Positions 8,526-16,924 of a stretch of DNA of 60,167 nucleotides are shown here, in pieces (within the stretch, counting starts at the first letter, position 1; each line of letters starts with the position of its first letter). Below the pieces are notes generated by a model that was given only the letters and a program-made list of their open reading frames with translations, was not told the DNA's origin and made no database searches. A program made the position numbers and the translations under genes. The stretch spans positions 87,985 through 148,151 of the forward strand of contig DJKW01000001.1 in assembly GCA_002434805.1 (NCBI GenBank), read 5' to 3'. This DNA comes from Patescibacteria group bacterium UBA6532 (GTDB lineage Bacteria > Patescibacteriota > Minisyncoccia > Minisyncoccales > UBA6532).

Positions 8526-9794
8526 TTAAGCTTTTACTCTTTTAATATCTGCTCCTAATTTTTTTAAACGTTCCTCAATTCTCTCATATCCCCTGTCAAC
8601 CTGGTAAATATTATTAATAGTAGTTTGACCCTTAGCAATAAGGCCGGCAATAATAAGGGCTGCTCCTCCCCTAAGATCATAACTATTCAATTCCCGTCCG
8701 TAAAGCTGGGTGGGACCGTTAACGATTGCTCGATGGGGATCGGCAAAATAGATTTCAGCTCCCATTTTATTTAATTCTTCGAGGTATTTCAGCCTTCCTT
8801 CGTAAAGAGGATCATGAATTAGGGTGGAACCTGGAGCCTGGGTTGCCAAGACTCCAAAAGCTGACTGAAGATCTGTAGGAAGACCGGGATAAGGAAGACT
8901 TTGAATTTTATCCATTTTTAAAGACTTGCGGGGAAAAACCTTTACTGAGTTGTCTTTTAAAATTTCAAAGGGAATTCCAAAATCCTTAAGCTTTTTAAAA
9001 AAGAATTCTAAATATTTTACTTCAACGTTTTTCACCAAAACTTTTCCTTTGGTGGCTGCTGCCATAAGGATAAAAGTGCCAGCTTCAATGGGATCTGCCA
9101 TTAAATAGTGCCTTGCCCCTTTTAGTTTTTTGCTGCCCTCAATTGAAATATTGTGAGTTCCCGCCCCCTTTATTCTTACTCCCATTTTCCTTAAAAATTT
9201 AGCCAGTTCTTGAACTTGATAATCAGAGTCAGCAATTTTAATATGCGTTTTGGCTGGTATGGAACTCGCAAAAATCATTATATTTTCTGTCCCTGTTACG
9301 CTAAATTCATTAAGAACGACTGTCCGATCTTTTGGTTTCTGGCGTAATTCAAATTCAAAGTTTTTATTTTTAGGTTTAATTTTCACTCCGAACTGGGAAA
9401 AAGCATCTAAATGAGTAGTAATGGGCCGAGCGCCAATTATACAGCCTCCTGGTTTGGGCAACTTTACTTTTCCAAATCTGCCCAATAAAGGTCCGATCAA
9501 AAGAACCGAACCCCGAAATATGCATACGAGGTCTTCTCTGACTTTAGAGGGATCTATGTCCTTAGCTCGAATCTTTAATGTTCTTTCCTCTACCCAAGAA
9601 ATATCAGCTCCCATTCCTTTTATAATTTCCACCATTCGAAAAACATCTTCAATCAAAGGCAGGTTCTCAATAATACACTCTTTCTTAGTTAAAAGAGAAG
9701 CAACTAAAATCGGAAAAGCGGCATTTTTCGCTCCTCTGGCTTCAATTTCTCCTGTTAAACATTTACCTCCTTGAATTACGAATTTCTCTGCCAT
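8526..9794 (-). CDS. murA: UDP-N-acetylglucosamine 1-carboxyvinyltransferase
   Basis: GAKNAAFPILVASLL. Catalytic Cys loop KPGGCIIGARPI. 422 aa. Confidence 0.95.
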   Translation of the reverse strand: MAEKFVIQGGKCLTGEIEARGAKNAAFPILVASLLTKKECIIENLPLIEDVFRMVEIIKGMGADISWVEERTLKIRAKDIDPSKVREDLVCIFRGSVLLIGPLLGRFGKVKLPKPGGCIIGARPITTHLDAFSQFGVKIKPKNKNFEFELRQKPKDRTVVLNEFSVTGTENIMIFASSIPAKTHIKIADSDYQVQELAKFLRKMGVRIKGAGTHNISIEGSKKLKGARHYLMADPIEAGTFILMAAATKGKVLVKNVEVKYLEFFFKKLKDFGIPFEILKDNSVKVFPRKSLKMDKIQSLPYPGLPTDLQSAFGVLATQAPGSTLIHDPLYEGRLKYLEELNKMGAEIYFADPHRAIVNGPTQLYGRELNSYDLRGGAALIIAGLIAKGQTTINNIYQVDRGYERIEERLKKLGADIKRVKA

Positions 9795-9837
9795 ATTGTC
9801 TTATTTATTCTAGATTAAAAAGCGGAAATTAGCAAAT

Positions 9838-9861
9838 AAAAAAACGGTTAAAGACAAACCG
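9838..9861 (-). terminator. Weak candidate intrinsic terminator after htrA
   Basis: Minus strand reads CGGUU-UGUCUUU-AACCG followed by U7. The stem is only 5 bp. Confidence 0.35.
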
Positions 9862-9907
9862 CAGGAATAATAAATTACGCCTAAACCGAGCTTAGAATGT
9901 AGTGATT

Positions 9908-11242
9908 TTACTCGTTTCTTTCGCCAAGAATAACTTCAATAGTTTTTTCTTCTCCCTCTTGAAGGATTTTTAAGGCTACTTTATCTCCGGGGTTGTATTT
10001 TTGGATAAATTTAGCTAAGGAATTATCCGGGGTAATTTTTTCTCCCCCGAATTCTAAAATAATGTCGTCCCGCTCAATTCCCGATTTTTCAGCAGCTGAA
10101 TCTGAAAATATGGCTTCAGTAGTATATTCTCCTGCGGCATTGCGTCCTATCCAGGCTCCGTAATCAACCGGAAGATCAAACTCTTCAGCCAGATTTTCCG
10201 TTATAAGGACGTAATATACTCCCAAGAAAGGATAAACTATCTTTCCCAGAGTTTTTACCTGCTCAATATCTCTCTTGGCTTTATTTACGGGAATAGCAAA
10301 GCCAATACTTTGAGCTCCCAAGACAGTGGCTGTATTTATCCCGATTACTTCTCCTTTAAGGTTCAAAAGAGGCCCTCCTGAGTTCCCTTTGTTAATAGCG
10401 GCATCTGTCTGAATAACATCTTCTATTGTTTCCACAAAACCTCCGCCGGAAGCCGTAATCGTCCTCCCCAGACCAGAAATCACCCCTACAGAAACCGTAT
10501 TCCTGAATTCTCCCAAGGCGTTGCCAATAGCAATGATAGTCTGGCCAATTTGCAATCCGGAGGAATCCCCCAACTTAACTACTGAAAATGGTTTTAGTTG
10601 AAATTCTCCGTCACTGTCTACTATCTTTTCTTTTTCAATCTTAAGAATGGCTAAATCCTGAAGCGGATCTTTAGCCAAAACCTTTGCCGGAAATTTACGG
10701 CCGTCTGTGGTAAAAATCGTATAATCTGCTTCTTCGTCTAAGACCACGTGCTTGTTGGTCAGAACCATTCCGTCTTCAGAAACCATAAAGCCGGTTCCCC
10801 CTCCGATTTCCTGCTTTTCAACGCCTTTTTGGCGATATTGGGGAATTTTAAATTCAAAAGGAGTGGGTCCGAAAAATTCTTCAAGTTCTTTAAAAGGATC
10901 TGCGTAATATTCTTCAATAATAGGAACGTCTTTGGTAATAATAATGCTTACTACGGCCGGAGAAAATTCTTTAACCACATTAATAATCGCCTCTTCCTGT
11001 GTGGTCTGGGGCTGATACTCAATAATCCTTTCCTTTTCTATTTTAACTAAGGGCTGGGGAAGTTCAATACTAACTCTCCCTAAGTAATCTCGTATTTGGG
11101 TATAAAAATAGCTGTCTAAAACTACACCGGCCAGAAAACCAGACAAGGAAGTAATCAAAACAATTAAAACAAGGAACCAAAAAATCCTGTCTTTTAATAT
11201 ATTCTTATTTTTTAGATTTCTTCTTTTTTTCATAATCTTCAA
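9908..11242 (-). CDS. htrA: HtrA/DegP-family serine protease with PDZ domain
   Basis: N-terminal TM helix, trypsin-like catalytic motif GNSGGPLLN, C-terminal PDZ. Its 5' end overlaps the iscU 3' end by 38 nt. Confidence 0.9.
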   Translation of the reverse strand: MKIMKKRRNLKNKNILKDRIFWFLVLIVLITSLSGFLAGVVLDSYFYTQIRDYLGRVSIELPQPLVKIEKERIIEYQPQTTQEEAIINVVKEFSPAVVSIIITKDVPIIEEYYADPFKELEEFFGPTPFEFKIPQYRQKGVEKQEIGGGTGFMVSEDGMVLTNKHVVLDEEADYTIFTTDGRKFPAKVLAKDPLQDLAILKIEKEKIVDSDGEFQLKPFSVVKLGDSSGLQIGQTIIAIGNALGEFRNTVSVGVISGLGRTITASGGGFVETIEDVIQTDAAINKGNSGGPLLNLKGEVIGINTATVLGAQSIGFAIPVNKAKRDIEQVKTLGKIVYPFLGVYYVLITENLAEEFDLPVDYGAWIGRNAAGEYTTEAIFSDSAAEKSGIERDDIILEFGGEKITPDNSLAKFIQKYNPGDKVALKILQEGEEKTIEVILGERNE

Positions 11243-11609
11243 TTGCTGCTTTTAAGCCTTGTTGGGCCAAAACACAACAATGTATTTTCTGGGGAGGCAT
11301 GTTGCCAAGCTTGTCGGCAATATCTTGAAATCCCACCTTAAGAGCTTCTTTAAAAGTTTTTCCTTTAGCCAAATCGCAAATCATATCAGAGGTGGATATT
11401 GCAGCTGCGCACCCAAGAGTTCTGAACTTAATGTCTTTGATAACTTCTTTATTCTTTTTCTTTTCAACCTTAATAAAAAGCTCCATAAGATCGCCGCATT
11501 TCATATTGCCAACCTTCCCCACTCCGTCAGCATCCTTAATAACCCCGAGATTTCTGGGGTGCATAAAACGTTCGATGACTTTTTTTGAATAATAAGGTCT
11601 TTGAACCAT
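11205..11609 (-). CDS. iscU: IscU/NifU-type Fe-S cluster scaffold
   Basis: Three scaffold cysteines (NMKCGD, LGCAAAIS, IHCCVLA). 134 aa. Confidence 0.9.
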   Translation of the reverse strand: MVQRPYYSKKVIERFMHPRNLGVIKDADGVGKVGNMKCGDLMELFIKVEKKKNKEVIKDIKFRTLGCAAAISTSDMICDLAKGKTFKEALKVGFQDIADKLGNMPPQKIHCCVLAQQGLKAAIEDYEKKKKSKK

Positions 11610-11613
11610 AATT

Positions 11614-12789
11614 TTATCTTATCCCTGATATTTTTCTAAGCCTTTCGACAATGGAAGGCAAAATCTTTAAAACTTTGTTTATTTCTTCTTCAGTAGTATA
11701 TTTCCCCAAACTTAATCTTAAACTGCCGTGAGCTTCCTCATCTGACATCCCAAGAGCTAAAAGAACATGAGATGGTTCCAGGCTTTTAGCCGAACAAGCA
11801 GATCCTGTGGAAGCAGCCACTCCTTTCTGGTCTAAAGCAATAACGATAGCCTCCCCTTCAGCTCCCCTAAAACTAAGGTTAATGTTGTTGGGAAGACGCA
11901 AGTCTTTGGATCCATTTAATTTAACATCTGAAATTCTTTTAAAAACTCCTTTAATTAATTTATCCCTTAACTGTCTGATTTTAATATTTTTAATTTTAGT
12001 TCTAGGGTTTTGAATTTCAGCAACAGCCGCTCCAAAACCGACAATTCCAGCTACATTTTCAGTCCCTGACCTCAATCCTCCTTCCTGCCCTCCCCCATAA
12101 ATTAAAGGTTTAACCGGAGTTCCTCTCTTAACGTAAAGGAGGCCCACCCCTTTGGGCCCGTAAATTTTATGGGAACTCAAAGTTAAAAGATCTACGCCCA
12201 ATTTCTCTACCTTGCAATCTAGGTAATTTGCCGCCTGAACGGCATCGGTATGAAAATAAATTTTATTTTTTCTTTCCTGACTATTAGCTTTTTTAATTAT
12301 GCTTCCAATCTCTTTAATGGGTTGAATGGTGCCAATTTCATTATTGGCATAGATTATAGAAGCTAAAATCGTGTTGGGCTTTATTGCTTTTTTGAAATCA
12401 GAAGCATTAACAATCCCTTCTCTGTCCACCGGCAGATAGGTTACTTCAGCTAATCCTTTTTTTCCTAGGACTTGGCAGAGTTCCCATACTGCATGATGCT
12501 CAACGCTTGAAGTGATAATATGGGGATTTTCCTTTTTAATAATTCCCTGAATGGCAAGATTATCGGCTTCGGTAGCCGATCCCGTGAAGATAATTTCTTG
12601 GGGTTGACATCCCAGAAAATCAGCTGCTTCTTCTCTGGCCCGGTCAATGCCAGCTCTCGATATTTGTCCCAGCTGGTGAATAGAGGAAGCGTTGCCAAAA
12701 TCTTTTCTAAGATAAGGCAGCATTGCCGAAAGAACTTTCGGATCAATCGGAGTAGTTGCCGTATAGTCAAAGTAAACTTTTATTGGCAT
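11614..12789 (-). CDS. iscS: Cysteine desulfurase (NifS/IscS family)
   Basis: PLP-lysine motif SSHKIYGPKG. Active-site loop STGSACSA. 391 aa. Confidence 0.92.
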   Translation of the reverse strand: MPIKVYFDYTATTPIDPKVLSAMLPYLRKDFGNASSIHQLGQISRAGIDRAREEAADFLGCQPQEIIFTGSATEADNLAIQGIIKKENPHIITSSVEHHAVWELCQVLGKKGLAEVTYLPVDREGIVNASDFKKAIKPNTILASIIYANNEIGTIQPIKEIGSIIKKANSQERKNKIYFHTDAVQAANYLDCKVEKLGVDLLTLSSHKIYGPKGVGLLYVKRGTPVKPLIYGGGQEGGLRSGTENVAGIVGFGAAVAEIQNPRTKIKNIKIRQLRDKLIKGVFKRISDVKLNGSKDLRLPNNINLSFRGAEGEAIVIALDQKGVAASTGSACSAKSLEPSHVLLALGMSDEEAHGSLRLSLGKYTTEEEINKVLKILPSIVERLRKISGIR

Positions 12790-12793
12790 AATC

Positions 12794-13594
12794 TTATAAA
12801 ATCTTGGTTTTTAGTAATCTTTTTATTTTCTTAAAATTCTTGTAATTTCCTTTATTTAATTCAATATCGTTATAATGATCAAAGCGATATTCAAAAAATC
12901 CATTTTTAAAAATCTCTAATTTTTTCTCGCCTAAACCTATAAGGAGCCAATTTAAAATATAGAGGAAGGCCGGTTTTATCCATTTGTCTTGTTCAAATCG
13001 CCTGATAGACCAGCCGATCCTAACCGATCTTAAAATCCCAAATTTTGCCAGCTTGGCTGCTTTTTTAGTATAGATATGGTCTTCGCCTAATTTTACATTT
13101 TCATTAAAACCTCCTATTCTATTATGAATACTTTTCTTTATAAGAATCATTGACCCGACGCCCAAAGGAGCTGTCTTTTCAAACATAAGCATTAAATAAT
13201 TTGTAAATTCAAATAAATATTCCAGTTGTTTCTTGCTCAAAACTTCACTTTTTCCGAAAGGCATTAGCCGGCAAGAAGCAATGCTTAAATTCTTTTTATT
13301 AAATTCTTTTAAAGCATCTCTTAAGAAATTTTTATTGGGCAGGTTTATGTCCGCATCCAGAAACAATAATAAATTCCCTTTGGCAGCTTTAACTCCTTCA
13401 TTCCTGCCTTTAGCCGGTAAGCCTCCTGAAACAACTTTAGAACCGTAATTTTCGGCAATCTCAATGGTTTTATCTTTTGAACCGGCATCCGAGACAATCA
13501 CTTCAAAATCCTTAAAACTCTGGTCTTTTAAAGACTTCAAAAGCCCTGGCAAATACTTCTCTTCGTTTAAAGTTGGAATAATAATGCTTAACAT
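12794..13594 (-). CDS. Family 2 glycosyltransferase
   Basis: N-terminal LSIIIPTLNEEKYL, SDAGSKD and LDAD motifs typical of the GT-A/GT2 fold. Confidence 0.8.
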   Translation of the reverse strand: MLSIIIPTLNEEKYLPGLLKSLKDQSFKDFEVIVSDAGSKDKTIEIAENYGSKVVSGGLPAKGRNEGVKAAKGNLLLFLDADINLPNKNFLRDALKEFNKKNLSIASCRLMPFGKSEVLSKKQLEYLFEFTNYLMLMFEKTAPLGVGSMILIKKSIHNRIGGFNENVKLGEDHIYTKKAAKLAKFGILRSVRIGWSIRRFEQDKWIKPAFLYILNWLLIGLGEKKLEIFKNGFFEYRFDHYNDIELNKGNYKNFKKIKRLLKTKIL

Positions 13595-13615
13595 GGCTAT
13601 TTTAACAATTATAAT

Positions 13616-14638
13616 TCATTTTATCAAAATTTCATTTTTAAAACTAGGGAACAATTTTCTTGCCTCATTCCATATTTCAGGCTGATCTTGTTTTTCCTTC
13701 ATCCAAAACCACCATTCGGCTCCCCATAAATAAAATTCATCGAGACCGGTTTTTTTGGCAAAATCAATATTTCTTTTAAATTGGTCTAAATTCATGGTTT
13801 TTTGCTGCTCATTTAAAGGCGAATCGTAAAGCAGGGTCGGACCCCAGGGTTCTGTCTGAAGCTCCACTACCATCACTTTTTTCTCAAGCATCTTTTCGAC
13901 AGTCTTGGCTTTTAGCCAATAAAAGAGAGGTGAGAAAGGATATTTTAGATATCTTTCAAATTGAGAAATCCAAACAATCTTATACATCGTAATTCCAACC
14001 ATATCTCCAATTTTTGCCTCTCTTATCCAGAAAGACCATTCCCCGCTACCAGAAATAACAACTGGTTTTTCAGGATCAAGCTTTTTAACTAAAGCAATTT
14101 CTTTTCCTAAAAGTTCTTCATCTGGCGGCCAAGGACATTCTCCAAACTTCAAAAACGGCTCATTCTCTACCTGCCAGGCCCAAATAGCCGGCGAATCCTT
14201 ATACCTGTTAACCAAGGTCTCAATGTACTTTAGCAAGCTTTGAGATTTGAGCTCTGCGCTTTGAGCTTTGACCCATTCTGGCTCGTGGCACTCGGGCCAA
14301 CGAGGAGTTTTTATTCCAATTACCAAAAAAACCTTAACTCCTTTTTCTTCTGCTTTTTTTATCTGCCAATCTAAATCTTCAAAGTCAAGCTTCCCTTCCT
14401 TTGGTTCGATTAAATCCCAGTAAGTGATGAGCTTTAAATTTCTGACTGAAAGATCGTCAAGCAAAGCCGAATAGGTATTCTGCCAGTCCAAGCCCAAAGA
14501 TTCAGCGTGCTTTTGAGAAAAGTTAACCCCCCAGGTTATCTCTTTGGCTTTGGGAGCCAAACCAAAAAGAAAATCGCCGGCAAAAATTATTGATACAGTA
14601 ATTAAAACTAATAAAAGTTTTTTAAGGTTTTTTTTCAC
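13616..14638 (-). CDS. Secreted or membrane-anchored clan GH-A glycoside hydrolase (TIM barrel, NEP motif)
   Basis: N-terminal TM/signal helix. WDLIEPKEGKLDFEDLD resembles GH42/GH35/GH5-type barrels. Candidate acid/base WQVENEPF and nucleophile VELQTEPW. Confidence 0.6.
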   Translation of the reverse strand: MKKNLKKLLLVLITVSIIFAGDFLFGLAPKAKEITWGVNFSQKHAESLGLDWQNTYSALLDDLSVRNLKLITYWDLIEPKEGKLDFEDLDWQIKKAEEKGVKVFLVIGIKTPRWPECHEPEWVKAQSAELKSQSLLKYIETLVNRYKDSPAIWAWQVENEPFLKFGECPWPPDEELLGKEIALVKKLDPEKPVVISGSGEWSFWIREAKIGDMVGITMYKIVWISQFERYLKYPFSPLFYWLKAKTVEKMLEKKVMVVELQTEPWGPTLLYDSPLNEQQKTMNLDQFKRNIDFAKKTGLDEFYLWGAEWWFWMKEKQDQPEIWNEARKLFPSFKNEILIK

Positions 14639-14644
14639 TTTTAC

Positions 14645-15568
14645 TTAAAAAGCTAAAAGAATTAAACCTAATCCAATAATAGATATGGCAATTATCTTTT
14701 GGATTATAATTTTAACTGAAATTTCTTCCTTTAAAATTTGAGGGAATTTCCAGGAAAGGAAAACCGTTAAAATAAATAAAAATACGTACTCTATCCCCGA
14801 TAAGGCATTAATAAAAGCAAGGAATCCAAAAGGAACCAAGGCGATAGCAAAACTCTGAAGACCAATTCCAATAGAACCAAAGGATTTGTTTAAAAGAAAG
14901 ATAGCTATCGTTTTTTTGTTATCTCCAACCTTTTTCTTCAAACCAATCTTACTTTTAACTTTGCTGATCTCTTGGCGAACCTCTTTAAAAAAGAGGAAAA
15001 ATAAAGAAGCCAATGCCCAACTAGTGTTTATCCAAATAAAGCCCGACCAAAAGGGCTGGCCAGAATAAACTAACTTTGCCAGGACAAAAAATAAAGAAAA
15101 GAAAAAGGCAATGATTGCCGCTGCCCGAAAGCTTTGGAAAGTTACTAGCTTTTTTTTCTCAAGAGTAATTAAGACACTTCCTAAAATTAGAAAAACAAAG
15201 GCCAAGACATCCCTTCTTCCTAAAATTTCTTGGCTTAAAAAATAACTTAAAACAAGAGTAAAGACGGGTAAAATTCCTCCAAAAGCCGGAATTACTCGAG
15301 AAACTTCAAACTTCCGAAGAGATTCGTAAATAAAAAAAACTGCAATAACAGAAGAAATTCCAGCTCCCAAACTAAAAGCGATCTGCTTGAAACCGGGGTT
15401 TATTAAAAATCCCAAAGGAATTAAAAATAGGGTTGAAAAACCCAAAATCCCGGTATAAAATGAGTAAATCTTGGAACTGGGAATCGGCCCCTTTAAAAGA
15501 TACTGGTCAATAATAGCAACAAAGGCAAAAAGCAAATAAGAGATGGTAACAAATATTATCCAAATCAT
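14645..15568 (-). CDS. Polytopic membrane protein, EamA/DMT-like transporter
   Basis: About 10 hydrophobic helices in two similar halves. Overlaps the upstream gene by 4 nt. Confidence 0.55.
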   Translation of the reverse strand: MIWIIFVTISYLLFAFVAIIDQYLLKGPIPSSKIYSFYTGILGFSTLFLIPLGFLINPGFKQIAFSLGAGISSVIAVFFIYESLRKFEVSRVIPAFGGILPVFTLVLSYFLSQEILGRRDVLAFVFLILGSVLITLEKKKLVTFQSFRAAAIIAFFFSLFFVLAKLVYSGQPFWSGFIWINTSWALASLFFLFFKEVRQEISKVKSKIGLKKKVGDNKKTIAIFLLNKSFGSIGIGLQSFAIALVPFGFLAFINALSGIEYVFLFILTVFLSWKFPQILKEEISVKIIIQKIIAISIIGLGLILLAF

Positions 15569-16872
15569 AATTTCTTTGAGATTATCTTTTCAATTTCCAG
15601 GGTTCCATACTTTTCTCCTTCAATGAATCCTCCCATAGCAGCTTTAGCCAACCTTCCACTGTTTAAAAAATCAAAAAGCCATTCTGTCGTATAATTTGGG
15701 TTTTCCTGTACTATTCCCGAACCCAGCTTAATAATCCACTTTTTATTAAAATCTTCCTGATAGCCAATAGTGGGAGCTATAATAATAGGCAGCCCTAAGC
15801 CAGAATAAAAAGAAAGCTCTGATGGTTTAGTCCAGAGAATATCGGTCTTCCTTAGCTTCAGGTTGAATTCTTTAAAGTAATCCTCAATAGTATCGGTAAA
15901 GAGAACTTCAATATTTTTATCTAAGTATTTCTCAAGCCCGAGTTTTTTAATATTCTTTATAAAATATTCTTTTACTTTTTCTTTAATGCCGGCCACCAAG
16001 ATCACTTTGATTTTCCCGTCTTTAATCTTCTTAGCTAAACTTCTTACTGCTTTTATCCCTATCTCTTTTTGGGCTCCCGCTCCCCCAACGGCAAACATTA
16101 AAGTTAAGGGATGGTCTGGGCTTTTGGGCAAATCCCCTAGATATTCTTTCACTAAAACTCTGTATTTTTTGAGATATTTTTTCTTGGGATCAAGATTTAA
16201 AATCCTATGCCTTAAATCATCTTTTAAAATATCCGATTGCTTGTTCCCGATATTTTCTAAGGGCAAAGGGTAACCGGTAAGAAATATGTTTTTTTCTTTC
16301 ACTCCATAAAGCTTCAACCTTTCAACCACCCGGGAATTTGGAGCAAAGTATTGAATTTTACTTTTTTTGGGATCTAAGGAAACCCAGGGTCTTGCAATAT
16401 CAGCATCACAAATAACGCAGTAAATTTTTCCCGGATACTTAAAGATCTCCGCCATAAAAGCGGGAATAAAAAAGGTAGTTACCAATGGCAAGCGCCTCTC
16501 TTTTAGCTTTTTAATTAAATGCCTTCCCCAGCCTTTTTTAATTAAAGAAATTTCGTACTTTAAAGCCAGACTTGGTTTGGATAAATCCCTTTTTGGATAA
16601 AAGCTTTGAATTTTTTGAAATTCATTAAAAATTGAAAAAGCGGCTTCGCCGATAAAAGGAATCTTTTTGAACCGGGAAATAAATTCATAGCCCCTTCTAT
16701 TGTTTTCCCAATCCTTTCGATCTTTTTCCAGAATCCCCTTATAGTTATTGGCATTAATAATTTCTCCTCCAAAAGCCAAATGCTTCAAAGGATAAGCAGT
16801 TCTTTGGTGGCCATAGCCCATATTTACATCAACTATCCACGCCTGCCCAAATTTTCCATTCTTCTTTTTCAT
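15565..16872 (-). CDS. GT-B fold glycosyltransferase-like protein (MGDG-synthase/MurG superfamily-like)
   Basis: N-terminal VDVNMGYGHQRTA resembles the G-rich loop of GT28/UgtP-type enzymes. AVGGAGAQKE in the second half. The assignment is tentative. Confidence 0.45.
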   Translation of the reverse strand: MKKKNGKFGQAWIVDVNMGYGHQRTAYPLKHLAFGGEIINANNYKGILEKDRKDWENNRRGYEFISRFKKIPFIGEAAFSIFNEFQKIQSFYPKRDLSKPSLALKYEISLIKKGWGRHLIKKLKERRLPLVTTFFIPAFMAEIFKYPGKIYCVICDADIARPWVSLDPKKSKIQYFAPNSRVVERLKLYGVKEKNIFLTGYPLPLENIGNKQSDILKDDLRHRILNLDPKKKYLKKYRVLVKEYLGDLPKSPDHPLTLMFAVGGAGAQKEIGIKAVRSLAKKIKDGKIKVILVAGIKEKVKEYFIKNIKKLGLEKYLDKNIEVLFTDTIEDYFKEFNLKLRKTDILWTKPSELSFYSGLGLPIIIAPTIGYQEDFNKKWIIKLGSGIVQENPNYTTEWLFDFLNSGRLAKAAMGGFIEGEKYGTLEIEKIISKKL

Positions 16873-16878
16873 AAATTC

Positions 16879-16887
16879 ATTATATCA
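16879..16887 (-). promoter_or_regulatory. Extended -10 promoter TGATATAAT, 6 nt upstream of the GT-B gene ATG
   Basis: Minus strand reads TGATATAAT-GAATTT-ATG with no Shine-Dalgarno sequence. The 9-mer is identical to the one in front of the thiI leader RNA. Confidence 0.45.
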
Positions 16888-16924
16888 TTATGCGCTTTAA
16901 CTTAAAACTTGGATTAGCTGAGTC

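Noticed and set aside
12465-12770. 101-aa minus-strand ORF nested in an alternative frame of the cysteine desulfurase gene. Similar nested ORFs occur at 16560-16772, 34668-34871 and 52037-52261.
   Set aside because: These are out-of-frame ORFs lying entirely inside strongly supported genes. No start-site signals or motifs support them.
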